Assembly (NCBI GenBank): GCA_047495785.1 | Contig: JBLDXI010000011.1 | Coordinates: 434,001 to 498,000, forward strand | Source: Lepidodermella squamata | Taxonomy: Eukaryota; Animalia; Gastrotricha | Direction: 5' to 3' | Length of the DNA stretch: 64,000 nucleotides | In this document: piece after piece, positions 48,080-61,018 of the stretch | Numbering within the stretch: the first letter of the stretch is position 1 | How the letters are laid out: each line of letters opens with the position of its first letter | The notes under the pieces: model-generated | What the model saw: the letters and a program-made list of their open reading frames with translations, nothing else | The model's database searches: none | What the model was told of the DNA's origin: nothing | Translations under genes and position numbers: made by a program

Positions 48080-48955
48080 TTAAAGCGGTGGCAAATCAAG
48101 AGGCGGCAAATCGTCATTGGCGAGTGATTCAGGAAGAGTGGGTAACATCATTCGCAATTTGCTCACTTTGTCTAACTCAAGGTTCTCGACTCGGAGGCGA
48201 GCCTCCTTCAAGGCTAGTTCCCGTAATTCTTGTTTGATTTTCGCTGCCGAGAGAGGTTGAGTGATTGGTGGTGCCTCTGGCTGAGGTGGCGTGGCCAAGA
48301 ACGGATTTTCGTCGTCTTCATGATCGCTTCCATCCAGATCGGCTGACGATTCGACCGACGATTCCGCCGACTCAGAATTTTCTTGCATATCGCTATCTTC
48401 CGATGTCTCTTCCTCGTCATCGTAGGCACCTCCAGCGTCTGAATCATGAATTCCTAAGGAAAATAGATACATTATTCACTGGGCAATTTGAACATTTGAT
48501 GATTATCGCCTACCATCCAAGCCGGATAAAGCTGTTGGGCACTTTTTCTTGAGAGCATCCGCCAGAATCAACTCGGCCGATGTCATTTCTACATCTTTGT
48601 CTGGGCTTTATACACTTTATACAACTTTATACACTATACCTGTCTTCCTGCCGCCTGCGCTGATTTGCCGGTACTTCTTACGAGTCGATAGAAGAGTACG
48701 CGTGTAGAGACCCTTCATCTCTCCTAACGTGAACTGCTTACGCCTTCCTTTATTGAATTTATCGAGTACCTTCTCTTAAATCTTGATTCGCTTCTTGTTG
48801 GTCTTTTGATCGTTGTTTCGAGATTCGATATCTTCAAGGTGAGGCTTGACTGCCTCAACCAGGCGTAATTTGTCATCTTCAGAAAACCGCACGCGCTTCT
48901 TTCGCACCTTCTTCTTGCCCGCCATTTTGCCTTGCTTCTTCGCAGGTCGCGGCAT
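48080..48955 (-). pseudogene. Harbinger Myb/SANT-like DNA-binding partner gene with in-frame stop
   Basis: KKRVRFSEDDKLRLVEAV..IES..N..TNKKRIKI*EKVLDKFN, with TAA where the conserved Trp is expected; later exons encode an acidic tract and a coiled-coil-like C-terminus. Confidence 0.75.
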
Positions 48956-49459
48956 TAAATCGATGGTCAAAAAACGATAAGAAGTTGAGATAGCAAAATT
49001 TAATGATCTTCAGTCATGAGAGCGTGGTAGTTGTTACTATTTATACACTATATTAATAGGTAATGTCCCTCCACGCAACAATGCGCATCATTGTTGAGTA
49101 ACACAATGTCTCGAGAAAAACAAACAAAAAACATAAAAAACAGTTTGGATAACATAAAACATTGTTTTAAGATAAAAATGAAGTCAATTTTTACATAAAA
49201 ATGAACTGCCATATAAATTTATTTTATACCGGTAAAACAGCTTCGATCACCACCCCCTCCTTTTTTTATTTCGAAGTGCACTTTCATACATATTTATGTA
49301 TGACAAAATTAACTTTCATACATATTTTTTTCATAAAATAGTGTTTTTCAGCCAAACTTTAACATCCGTTTCTTCTTGTTTAGTAAATGCCAGCATATTT
49401 AAAAAATTCGACTGATCGCGGAACGTGAAAACGGAACATGAATACTCTAACCAAAAGCG

Positions 49460-49930
49460 GAAGCGACCGTAATCTGCTTCTGATCACAACTTTATTTATA
49501 ACAAGTCGAGGAACATAAGCTTGCTTCGAGTTAAATCGGCAAACATCTGGCCACACACAAACTGCCTGATAGCTTTGACATCAATGCTCAATTCAAAGTG
49601 TTACGCAAGTCCCGCAACAGGTGAGACCGCTTGGTCCACGAAAGTCTACTCATCAAGCAGACAAAGATCGCTGTGAGCCTCAACGTGCAGTGCGACTCAA
49701 TAAAATTAAAGCTATTTTGACAGTTTCTATTTTCATCCTACTACCTTGTTGTGCTTTCGATCTTTACTGTATTGATTCTTGTTGCGATTTCTTTTGTTGT
49801 AGCCTGATGATGGTCCGCGCAAGGACCGAAACGTCGCCTGTTATAAATAAAATTGTAATCAGAAGCAACTTACGGTCGCTTTCATTTTTGGTTAATCTGT
49901 ACCGGACTCGGGTGTTTATTTCCTCACTAT
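49460..49930 (+). mobile_element. Penelope-like retroelement 3' remnant with inverted pseudo-LTR
   Basis: 49511-49720 translates EH..S*IGKH..FKVLRK..*DRLVHESLLIK..LNVQCDSIKLKLF*, the C-terminus of a PLE GIY-YIG endonuclease; 49461-49504 is an inverted copy of ~49840-49882. Confidence 0.8.
49797..49842 (+). ncRNA. Minimal type I hammerhead ribozyme motif
   Basis: CTGATGA (49804-49810), stem II GGTCC/GGACC, GAAACGTC with palindromic ACGT helix III; stem I weak. Confidence 0.7.
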
Positions 49931-50122
49931 AAATACTCTAGATTAACACTACAAGAAAAGTCACTGATGTTGAAATTTCGCGGAACCCCGAAGTTTATTT
50001 TAGTTTAGTTGAGCTAATACACTAGTTTTGGTTTAGTTAGTTAGATTTTGTTGTTTGTTCAGAACCACAAGGCTGACAAATCCACTGCCCACGTCGTTCC
50101 CATGGAATCTATAGCCATCGCA

Positions 50123-51378
50123 TTAACTGGTATAACAAATCTCAAAACCATTCAGGCCATAACCCGGGCTACTGCTATAAACGACATTTGCCGGCGAGAG
50201 AAGCCCGCAGCAGGCTGTGTAAGAGTCGGCGCTGTAAGTAGCATCCGGCTTAGTGACCTAGAAGCGAAAAGAAATCATTGGAATAGCAAACATTTCAGTC
50301 TGAAAGCTGTACCAGTCCGGTATTGACGGCAGTGAACAGGGATAATGATGCGCTATATGGGAAGCGGAAGCAGTTTGATTGTGGGGTTCCAGCAGACGTT
50401 TGAGATACTATTCTGTATGCTTTGTCAGTGTCGACTTTTCCAATACACGTCAATACAGGCGGAGAGCCAGGAACGATCTCGTATATCACAGAATAAATTC
50501 CCTTCGCGGCATTGCAACAAGCAGTAAAAGAGCTGAAAGTATTTGGCGAGGCGGGAGATTGCTGAAATGAATCAAGCAGGTCTTTACATAGCGGTTTACA
50601 TCAGTTAACGATTCTTACGGCTGTTCCTGATGTGAGAACCGAGTTGCATGCCCCGGCATTCGCTGTGCAGAATGGGACATTAGATTTTGAGATCGTCGAA
50701 TCGCCCACCGTATTGGTTATTACGCACAAATTGTAGGTGGGCTGATAATGGCATATAAAATTCACATTTCGGAATGAAAACGGGTCAACTTACAGGGCTC
50801 ACAGGGCTCGCGCAAGCTTGCCCACCCGGGCATTGTGTAGCCGCTTTATCGATGCAATTTTTCGCTGAAGCATCGCAAACATTGGCCGCAGGTGTGCAGC
50901 TTTGACTGCCCGGGCATTGTGTAGCCGCCTTATCGATGCAATTTTTCGCTGAAACATCGCAAACATTGGCCGCAGGTGTGCAGCTTTGACTGCCCGGGCA
51001 TTGCGTGGCCGCCTTATCGATGCAATTTTTCGCTGAAACATCGCAAATATTGGCAGCTGGCGTGCAGCTTTGGCCGCCCGGGCATTGAGCGGCGTCCTTC
51101 GCTATGCAAGTCTTTAACGATGTGTCACAAGTGTTGGCGGCTACAGCTTTAGACAGGCAGCTGCTCGTCGTAGTATCACAGACGTTCGCCGATGCAACAC
51201 AGGACGATCCAGAGTTGCAGGGGTTGGTCGTCGTATAGCAAGCCTGGCCATTCGGGCAAGTTCCAGGAGAATCCGTGACTGTAGCTGACCTCGGGCATGG
51301 CGTTGTGCTCGCTGCAGGGCAGGCAGTGGCAGTGGCAAAAACAGCAGCAAGGAGCAGGGCGAACACCGAAGTTTTCAT
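50123..51378 (-). CDS. Secreted Cys-rich repeat protein, copy B (most repeats)
   Basis: Same 4-exon layout as copy A; about four 27-aa Cys repeats; last exon VTKPDATYSADSYTACC..EICYTS*. Confidence 0.8.
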
Positions 51379-53794
51379 GATGAGTTAAAGTAATTCTGAA
51401 GAAATGATAACAGTGGCGAAAACAACCGCCGCTTCAGGTCTTAAATACCATCAATTTTTTGCCTCCGAGATTGGACCTTGGCATGTCCCCGTTCGCACTC
51501 GCATCAGGTGTTGCCAAAACAACGGGACGGCCGCTACACCTGGTCGCGTTCGGAGGCGTCGTTGAGAAAATTATGTGGATAATACACAGCATGACTATGC
51601 TGCATACCTAATGATCGTCAACTCTGCGCGCACCGGAGTCATCCAATTTATTTCATGTATAACGCATCTATTGCCCTACACTCGGGCGCTTATTTTCTTG
51701 TGTAGGAGAAGGGCAAGTGGAATAAACAGGGCGTAAAATGCCGTTAAGAAGTAGAATAGCGCAGTTTAGGTGGCTGTCAGGCTGTGTTTGCCGCGCACGC
51801 CGAACATTAGCTTGGATATCTTCTAAACGTATCTAATTTTTTTGCTTTAGATACACGCCACGGCAACGCGACCCCGGTGTAGAAACTCGTCACTGATGGC
51901 AGCTGGTGCTTGGGACTAATTGCAGTATGGACTCGACACTGCTTAACAAACACACACGAAAAGCATCTGATCGAGGCAAAAAATAAGATGTTTGTTAGTG
52001 AGGCAACAAATGGGTTTTTAGCAATAGTAACATTCTAGGCTTACTACATTGTGGAACCGCTGGTAAGTCGAAATTTGGCGCGCACGCTGATTGGTTGATT
52101 TATCGTTGCTAATGATGAATGCGGAATGAAACAATATTTTCGTGTGATCCACTAATAAATTGTTTCATATTTATGCAAAAATGACCTTGCAACACCCTCT
52201 GTACTGTTTCCATTGACCACGAGCGTAAACTCCATATTAATGGTGGTAAATTGCTGCGGCACAAAACACTTGTTGACTTGTTGACCAACATGTTTTATCC
52301 GGGAGTCATAGCAGCGATCGATTGACCAATCAGCGTGCGCATTGGATTGGACTTTTAAGTGGTCACACAATGTAGGCTACATTCTCCTATTACATTCACT
52401 TATAAGGAGGATCCGACAGTTAGCGAATCAGCTGCTTCTCAGGTGTAATTGCTATTGCTATGAGATCATATCCGGGGCTCAATAGGAAAATGTCTGTATA
52501 AAGGTGGATGGCGGAATACGCCACCTCAGCTTCGCTCGTCATCACCTGCACGACCTCAAGCAAGTTGTGAACATCCCATCAAAGGAGCTGGATACCCTCT
52601 GAAAAATGTCTCTAAACGACAACGGAGAATGACAAAATTGAAACCATATTTATTGAAAAATAGGTGAAAGATGGAAATTTATCTCACAATAAATTCTCGA
52701 AAATCCAGAAAAATGAACAACAATTCCAATCGAGCAATGAGCAATCGATCCAAAATACATGGCTTCTCCCGCCATCATTTTTTGCGCTTGATCGCACGCC
52801 AAGAAAACGCCAGGTTACAACCCTACAAACAGTTTTTCAAATCCGAAGAGGTGTAAGTGAAATTAGACTTACTGGATCAATAACACGGCCAACCAGGAGG
52901 CTTTGAGCGAGCCTGCAGATATAAATGAAAAATACATCAATTCAATTAAACAAAATATCGAAACGATTTTATAAATGACGTATCAAAATGACCCACTTTG
53001 GAGCAAATGTTCCTCGGTACAGTAGGTGATAATATAATAATAATAGTTTTATTTGGGCCTCTCCTTGACTGAATCATTACCGCTTCCGGTTTTGAAGAGG
53101 GAGAAGGCAGGCAAAGAGAAATGCTTACCCAACCCCTCAGTTGAAGATCTTGCTTTTTCCGAAAAATTCACAGTTTTCAATCGAATTAACAATCATGCGC
53201 CATTCATCTTGGTTGATAGTAATGACAAAAATCCTTGATTTCAAAGGGTCTTGATTTAGATGACTTGAACAGCCAGGGCTCGTCCGTTACTCGGATCACG
53301 AAGTTTTGGGGCTCAAAAGGCTCCTTGAAAGGTATTGATTAATAATTTAGAGGTTACCTATACTGAAGACGATTGAATAGATCCACTTAGATCATCAGAA
53401 ACTAGCGTGGCCGCATCTTCTTGGCCGGAAGTGTAGCGCCTGTAACAACGGAGCGGATGTAAAGTTCTCCTTAAACGAAGATTCGAGAATCTACTATCAA
53501 TTGGCATGTTTTCAATATCATAGAGAACTTGGAGAGGCCGAGCTCAATAATCCACTTCTCACGTCGTTGCCATCGTATATAGCCTAACAACGTCGAACGT
53601 GAGCTTGGATATCTTTTCAACGTATCTTAATTGGATGAAATAAATGTATAATAACAATGCAATAACAACACAACATAATTTGGTTGACGATCATTAGCTA
53701 AACAGCATAGCCACGCATCCAAGCTGTGTATTTTCCACCTGCCAGTTAATTTTTGCATTTTTGTTTGCAACACCTGAAAGCGAGTGTAAACGAG

Positions 53795-54680
53795 GAGATA
53801 CCCAAATGCCCCGGAACTGCCCCGATGGCCAAGCCTGTTATACGACATCAAACCCGTGTAGCACTGGATCATCTTGAGTGGCGTTAGCTAACGTATGAAG
53901 TACAATAGCGAACAGCCAAATCCTCCATCGTCTGCGAATTTGCATAGGTATACCTACAATTTGTGCGTTATATCTCAATCGCCGGGCGGTGCTGGGATCT
54001 CAAAATATTATCTGCACGGCAAAAGCTGGCGACTGGCGAGGGCGACTGGGCTCTCAAAACCAGGTACAAAATCACCAGCTCATATACCGTAGTTACCGAA
54101 ATACTAACCCGGGCTTATACAAAAATGATACCTCGAAAAATGGGGAAAAGTAGGCTTCTATTTAAGACTAGGCTTCTATTTGAGATAGGCTTACGCAACG
54201 GAGACCTGACGTTACTTTCCGTCTTTCAATCTCAAAACTCATCACAGTATTTATTATTAGTTATTAGCTAGGTCGTCTAATAGCTGGAAATCAAGACTAA
54301 TAAGGAAAGCTTTCACTAAAATCATCATAAACAGCAGATTATTACATAACTTTCTTCCACGCATTTTTCGCTTTTAAATACCGTTCAGCGCAGCAGAGCA
54401 CACGTGCCGTAGTAGCCTAGGCTACTATTCGAGATAGGACTATGCATCGACGAATTTCAATTTACCTAGGCTTCGAATCGAGACAGGCTTCTAAACGAGT
54501 GGGGGCTTATATTTCGGTAACTACGGTAACTGCGATTCATTGACACCTGATTCTTTATAGCAATCTTCTCCCACGAATAGGATTCAGCTCCTTCAATGAT
54601 TGTTCCACTGCGGTGAAGGGAGCTTCATTTACCATTTACCAGCGCTGAAACTTACGCGGCGTGCACCAACAGTTTCAAGT
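53795..54680 (+). pseudogene. Inverted, decayed copy of the Cys-rich repeat gene, interrupted by a MITE
   Basis: Plus-strand relics GQACYTTSNPCSTGSS*VALANV, TYNLCVISQSPG and FSSFNDCSTAVKGAS, with stops and deletions. Confidence 0.65.
54087..54526. mobile_element. Tc1/mariner-pogo-type MITE
   Basis: TIR CCGTAGTTACCGAAATA / TATTTCGGTAACTACGG flanked by TA; subterminal TAGGCTTCTATT repeats. Confidence 0.85.
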
Positions 54681-55413
54681 CGACAGAGCGGTGGTGCCCA
54701 CGCTTATGGAGTTAACGATTTCGAGTATTTTACTTATGGTAAACAGCTCCTCAAATGTTGCCGATAAAATGGCCGATAAACAGTAAAACCGCAGAAATGA
54801 GAAGGTACCAACTAGGCTTATGTTTGTGAGGATATACCGTGCTATCTTGAAATATGTCTTTGTTTTTGTTCCGTTTTTCCTTTTCGCATACCGGAAGAAA
54901 TAAAAAGTATGCTGAAAGCAGGACTCATTTCTTTAGCTTCCAATTTTTAATTGCTAGAATTACCTCGGTGCCATCGTCGGTGCCATCTTTTTTGGTAAAA
55001 TAAAGTTTCAACAGGGAGTCAAAATCAGCGGGAAACTAGAAGCATTGCGAAAGCCGGCTGTTGTTTTGGCGCCATATGGCGCGTAAATATACCGTGAATT
55101 TCCGTAATAGCTTCAGTGGGCATTGTAATTTAAAATGTTTAAAAAGGGGGTCATAAACGGTCGCCGTAAGAGTACACTTTGAGCTTTTAGATTTTTTCTC
55201 TGCAACCATGAGCTTGCGACTAGGCTGTTTGCTATTCATAGCGAATTGCGGTCCACTGACATTTGAGTCCTCGACAACTCAGCAATGACAAATCAGCCTG
55301 CAATAACTCAACCTTTAAAAATATGATTTCAATTTGCGACATCTCAGCCCACGAAAAAGTTTGCCACGCAAGGTTTGTTCTTGTTTTATTCTAAAATCCG
55401 TTCTTGTTAGTTA

Positions 55414-55510
55414 CCGTAGTTACCGAAATACAAGCCTGGGCGGCACTACAAAGAACATCAAAGTACCGACAAAAGGGGTACCGCCTAGGCTTGTATTTCG
55501 GTAACTACGG
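55414..55510. mobile_element. 97-bp hairpin MITE sharing TIRs with 54087-54526
   Basis: Same CCGTAGTTACCGAAATA TIR, arms ~33 bp, TA flanks. Confidence 0.85.
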
Positions 55511-55762
55511 TAGTTATTGCCAGCCCGAGTTGCGGAACGGCAAAACGGAACAGAAATATTCCAAATTTGCACTACAAGGAATCATTGTTCACTGATGTTA
55601 AAATTTCGCGATACCCCACCTTTCACTAGTTGGGTAATATGGCTGCACATTTTGTTAGTTTCGATTTTTAGTTAAGGTTTTTAATAATGTTGTATATCAC
55701 AGAGAAAGACAAGGCTCACAAATCCACTGCACATGTCTTTCCCATGGTATGCTATCATCGCA

Positions 55763-56805
55763 TCACGCAGTAAAACACTTATCAATAAGCAAGCCATAAG
55801 CCCTGCTGGTGCCATACTTGAGAGCCACCGTCATCAGCGCGCAGCACGCTGCGTAAGAGTCAGCGCTGTAGGCACCAGGCGGCTTGGAGGGCTAGAAGCG
55901 AAAACACAGACGATTGGAATTAGCAAACATTTCAGTCTGAAAGCTACCCCGGAGATGACAGTAGTGAACGCGGGTCCTTCTGAGGTATATGGAAAGCGGT
56001 AACATGCTGACGTTGGAGTTCCGTCAGATGATAGCGCTGTTATTTTGTATGCTTTGTCAGTGTCGACCTTTCCAATACACGCCATTATAGGTGCGGAGCC
56101 AGGAACAGGAACACTCTCGTATACCAGCGAAAAAGATCCCTTCGCGGCATTGCAACAGTCAGCAAAAGAGCTGAAAGTATTTGGCGAGGCAGGGGATTGC
56201 TAAAATGAATTAATAGGTGTTCAAGTCACATCAGTTCTCAATCATTCTTACGGCTGTTCCATCTGTGAGAAGCGAGTTGCATGCGCCAGCATTCGCTGTG
56301 CAGAAGGGGAGATTAGTTTTTGAGACCGTTGAATCTCCCACCGTCTTGGTTACCACGCACAAATTGTAGGTTGGCTGATGGTAGTATACGGTGAAAATTC
56401 ACATGCTGGAATGAAAATCGGTCAACTTACAGGGCTCACAGGGCTCGCGCAAGATTGCCCACCCGGGCATTGCGTTGCCGCCTTATCGATGCAATTTTTG
56501 GCTGAAACATCGCAAACATTGGCCGTTGGCGTGCAGGTTTTCGTTACGGTGTCACAAGTGTTGGCGGCTACACTTTTACTCAGACAGCTGTTTGCTGTAG
56601 CATCACAGACGTTCGCCGATGCAACACAGGACGACCCAGAGTTGCAGGGGTTGGTCGTTGTATAACAGGCCTGGCCATTCGGGCAAGTTCCAGGCGAATC
56701 CGTGACCGTTGCCGATCTCGGGCATGGCGTTGTGCTCGCTGCAGGGCAGGCAGTGGCAGTGGCGAAAACAGCAGCAAGGAGCACGGCGAACACCGAGGTT
56801 TCCAT
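55763..56805 (-). CDS. Secreted Cys-rich repeat protein, copy C (fewest repeats)
   Basis: Exon 1 nearly identical to copy A but one repeat shorter; last exon PSKPPGAYSADSYAACC..DKCFTA*. Confidence 0.8.
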
Positions 56806-57686
56806 GATGAGTTGAAATAATTCTGAAGAAATGAAAACAGTGGCGAAAACAACCGCCGCTTCAGCTCTTAAATACCATCAATTTTTTGCCTCCGAGATTG
56901 GACCTTGGCATGTCCCCGTTCGCACTCGCATCAGGTGTTGCCAAAACAACGGGACGGCCGCTACACCTGGTCGCGTTCGGAGGCGTCGTTGAGAAAATTA
57001 CGTGGATAATACACAGCATGGCCTAGCTAATGATCGTCAAATCTGCGCGCACCGGCGTAAACCAATTAATATCATGTATAACGCATCCATGGCCCTACAT
57101 TCGGGTGCTTATTTTCTTGTGTGAAAAGTAGGAGAAATGCAAGTGGAATAAATACGGCGTAAAATGCCGTTCAGAAGTAGAATAGCGCAGTTTAGGTGGC
57201 TGTCATGCCGTGTTTGCCGCGCATGACATTAGCTTGGATATCTTCTCAACGTATCTACATTTTTTTCTTTAGAAACACCCGGTGTAGAAAATCGTCACTG
57301 ATGGCAGCTGGTGCATGGGACTAATAGCAGTTTGGAGTCGACACTGCTTAACAAACACACACAAGGCCTTGGCTGCATTCTCCCATTACATTCATTTGTT
57401 AAGGTGGACACGGCTCTTGGGGAATCATCTAAGTGATATTGCTATGCAACGAATAATAGCAGGAGTAATAACTCGACACTGCTTAACAAACACACACGAA
57501 AGCCATCTGATCGAGGCAAAAAATAAGATATTGAAGGTGGACACGACAGTTAGCGAATCAACTGCTTAATCGCGCAAAATGCGTAATCGTTTTATATTAC
57601 GAAATAAATGCTGAAAATACGTTACATTTTCTACGCCTTTCAGTCTCGAAACTCATAAAATTAGCTGTTGATTTTTCTCCGAAATA

Positions 57687-57734
57687 CAGGGTGGCCAAAT
57701 AATTCCGCAAAGCGGAAATTGTTTGGCCACCGTG
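57687..57734. mobile_element. 48-bp palindromic mini-element with mariner-like ends
   Basis: TA|CAGGGTGGCCAAATAATT-CCGC-AAA-GCGG-AAATTGTTTGGCCACCGTG|TA; the same TACAGGGTGGCC end occurs at 47699. Confidence 0.6.
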
Positions 57735-58268
57735 TAGCTGGAATAAAAAAGGACTCGTTTGACTTCCGAGTTTGTGCATGCTAAAATTATTTATTCAAAA
57801 ATATGGCTGGAAGTAGAAATTCATCTCGCAATAAAATCGCCAAATTCCAGAGAAATGAGCAACAATTCAAATCAAGAAATGAGCAGTCGATTCAACACAC
57901 GAATTAGAAAAATCAGAAACATAACAGAATCGTCAAATCTGTCGTGAACATATCTCGGCGATTTTTTACTTTTTTCTGCCATCATTTTTCGCGCTTGATC
58001 GCACGCCAAGAAAACGCCGGGTTACAACCCTGAAAAATTATGTTTAAAATCCGAAGAGGTGTTATAGTACAATTGAACTCACGGGATGAATAACACGGCA
58101 ACCAAGGAGACTATGAGCCTATCTGCGAATGAATGAAAATACATCAATTCAATTAAACAAAATATCAAAACGATTTTATAACGGGGGGGAGGGGGGTGAT
58201 TGTCGCTTTGGGACACATTTCAGAAATTGAGGAGTAAATGTTCGAGAAACACGTTTTGTCCAAAGGTA

Positions 58269-58293
58269 ATATATATATATATATATATATATA
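58269..58293. repeat. (TA)n microsatellite
   Basis: About 12 AT units. Confidence 0.9.
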
Positions 58294-60480
58294 CCTCGCT
58301 ACGGTAGTTTTTAATAATGATAAAAAATTAATCAAGTTCAAAGGGTCTTGATTTCGATAAATTGATACCGTCAAATGGGTATCAAATGGATACCGTCACT
58401 AGCCATATCTCAAGATGAAGACCCCTTGAGTGGGATACCGTTGAAAGCCCAAGAAAAGACCAACTATGGAATACCTTGAACATACTTTAGCCCTTCAGAA
58501 TGCCTAGTGATTAAACACAGGTAAAGTTGGGCGAAAAATACAGTTTTCGGCAGAATTTAGATGACTTGAGAAGTCGAACAGGTGTGATCAAAATGAAATA
58601 TCCTTGCCATTTCCGAGCAGCCCCCGGCAGACGCTATCCAGCGGTACCCCACTGGAGAGGTATCCGCCTTTCCACCTGCGGTTTGATAGGGCAAAGTCAC
58701 CCCATCTGCATCTAAACCGTAATCAGGGTCACATTGCCACACTTCCACGTCAGTTATAAAGTTAAAAAAAGCCCAAATACAACGGTTCCAAAATGTATAT
58801 AATTTAATTCTCCATCATCAGGGCTTTCCAATGACATCCTACTTGACATGTATTATGCGTGAGAAAATGAAATCGTGGGTGATCTAAACACGATCGCAAA
58901 AACCTATGGCAATGTCGCCCCACTGATATCAGCAGTAATCGGTTGACCAATGTTGAACATCCATGGCTCTCGAATGAAGTTCATGGGCATTTCCTGGGCA
59001 AGAGAAGGGCGGTTACTAGCAGTTGGGTTACTAGTGGAACAAATACAGCGTAAAATGCTGTTCAAAAGTGTAGTTTTGGTGGCTGCCAGGCCAGCTTGGC
59101 CGCGCACGCCGAACATTAGCTTGGATATCTTCTCAACGTATCTAAACCTTTTTGCTTTAGAGAAAAGCAACGTGAACGTAAACAACCCGGTGTTGATACT
59201 CACCACTGATATGCAGCTGGCAGCTCAAATAACAGCCCCCTCGAATAATAGCTCTAAAAATTCCAAAAATACTGGGTCCAAAGGTTAGCATGCCCCGAAT
59301 AATCGGAAAGCAGGTTTAAGTCTGGAAAAGCATCTCGCCTGAAATGATCAGGAATGGCTATTCCGACAGCGGAATCAACCTGGCAAGCCCGAGGGAGCTG
59401 GTCATGTCAACTGATGTGCTTGATTCGAAAATTCAAGAAAAACAGAACTGATGAATCGAATGATTTTAACAGAGAAAATTCCAAGGAAGAGATGTAAATC
59501 AGAAATCCCGGGTACCATGCATGTGTATGAGATTCGGTGCTTAATCTCTGGTAGATGACAGGCTATTAGAACGAGGCTCTGATATGAAGTTTGAATGAGC
59601 ATCTGTGAACATTTCACACTTTCTCATCAAAAACAAAGGTACAGATCGGAAACTAGCGATCTTCCTATAGTAAATAAATTCACACCAAAACGTGAAAAAG
59701 TGGGCACGCGACCTTCATTTTTATTCACTCATCCGCCCATAGTAATTTTTCCGATTTTTAATTATTTTCTAAAATTCCCAGAGACAATCTTTCATTTCCC
59801 AAAAATTGCATACAGATTTACCAGAATAATAGAAGCGCTCCTCTATCGAACGAGTCCCTTCTCATGAGATGGTTTTTTTCTAAATTAATTAAAATGTTCT
59901 TAAACTTGGTCACTTTTACGAAAAATTGCCATTTCAAGAGTCTTTCAGGACGGTAAAATTTTTCATTTTAAGCCGAAAAATTCCGAGAAAAATACTATAT
60001 CTTATTTGATTTTTGCTCTATCCAACGATACAAAAACTTGAGCGAATCAGATTTTTTTTGAATTTCGAAAAATATAAAATAGCTCACTTCGAATATCAAT
60101 TTCCTGATTTTAATATACGTTGGAAGTCAAAATCACGGAACAACCAATGCTTATCTAAAACTTCAATTCAAGTTTTGTCAAACTCCAACTGAAAAGGTAT
60201 TAAACGATGTAAAACTGAAATCAGCAACCTAAGCAAACAATTGTTTCAAAAATTTGGCTATTTATCCTTCGGATGAGACCATTTTTGCTGGACATTAGCA
60301 AACATTTTGTTAAATCCCAACTTATTGGCTTCGAAAGACCTTTCGCCGCAACGGGCCTCGCCGGGAAAATCAGGGTTCGAGAACCACGAAGTAACGAAAC
60401 GCATCAGCATATTTTAAAATCATAACTTCATCAAAGTGGAAAAAGGAAAAACTGGCGATGATAAAGGGTCCTCCTGTTAA

Positions 60481-61018
60481 TTTTTTAAATATTTTTCCGG
60501 TCAGTTTTACTCGCACGAATATTGGGAACAAAAAGATGGCAAAAATAATTCCTCATTTTCAGAAAAAATTTAAGAGAATTTAAGAAATGGAATATCTTTC
60601 AGCGGAACCAAATTGCTGTCAGCGGAACCAGCGGTTTTAGACTTTTCCAGTGGCCTGAAATCGCATCTCGAATATTTATTGCAGGTCAAGATTGGCCGCA
60701 ATAATTCTAGAAAACTGACCAGTGAATTCAGCGCAGAATTCCCTATAAGACGCAGTGTTCAATTCAGAATTCAGGCTTGGCGTAAAATTCTTGGAAATAT
60801 TCAAAAATGACCCTTATTTCGAATTTGGCTCCGCAAAAAGCACATTTGGTTCCGATACAGCGGATTTGGTTCCGCTCACCGTAAATTTGGTTCCGCTAAA
60901 AGATATTCCATTTCTTAAATTCTCTTAAATTTTTTCTGAAAATGAGGAATTATTTTTGCCATCTTTCTGTTCCCAATATTCGTGCGAGTAAAACTGACCG
61001 GAAAAATATTAAAAAAAT
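60481..61018. repeat. Foldback element with ~130-bp inverted arms
   Basis: 60481-60614 is the reverse complement of ~60884-61018; repeated inner GCGGAACCA motifs. Confidence 0.85.

Larger units (their letters stand above)
43235..49460. mobile_element. PIF/Harbinger element (transposase + Myb/SANT-like gene) with nested RTE; right end not resolved
   Basis: Left edge inferred where homology to the paralogous site (~53776-53792, AAAGCGAGTGTAAACGA) stops; convergent transposase and Myb-like genes; inverted motif GGGTGGTGATCGAAG at ~43658 / ~49241. Confidence 0.7.

Noticed and set aside
50810-51100. CRISPR-like array
   Set aside because: 81-nt coding tandem repeats with no unique spacers, in a eukaryotic gene; no cas genes.
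58790-58830. Second hammerhead (minus-strand CTGATGATGG)
   Set aside because: No stem II partner or GAAA core follows.
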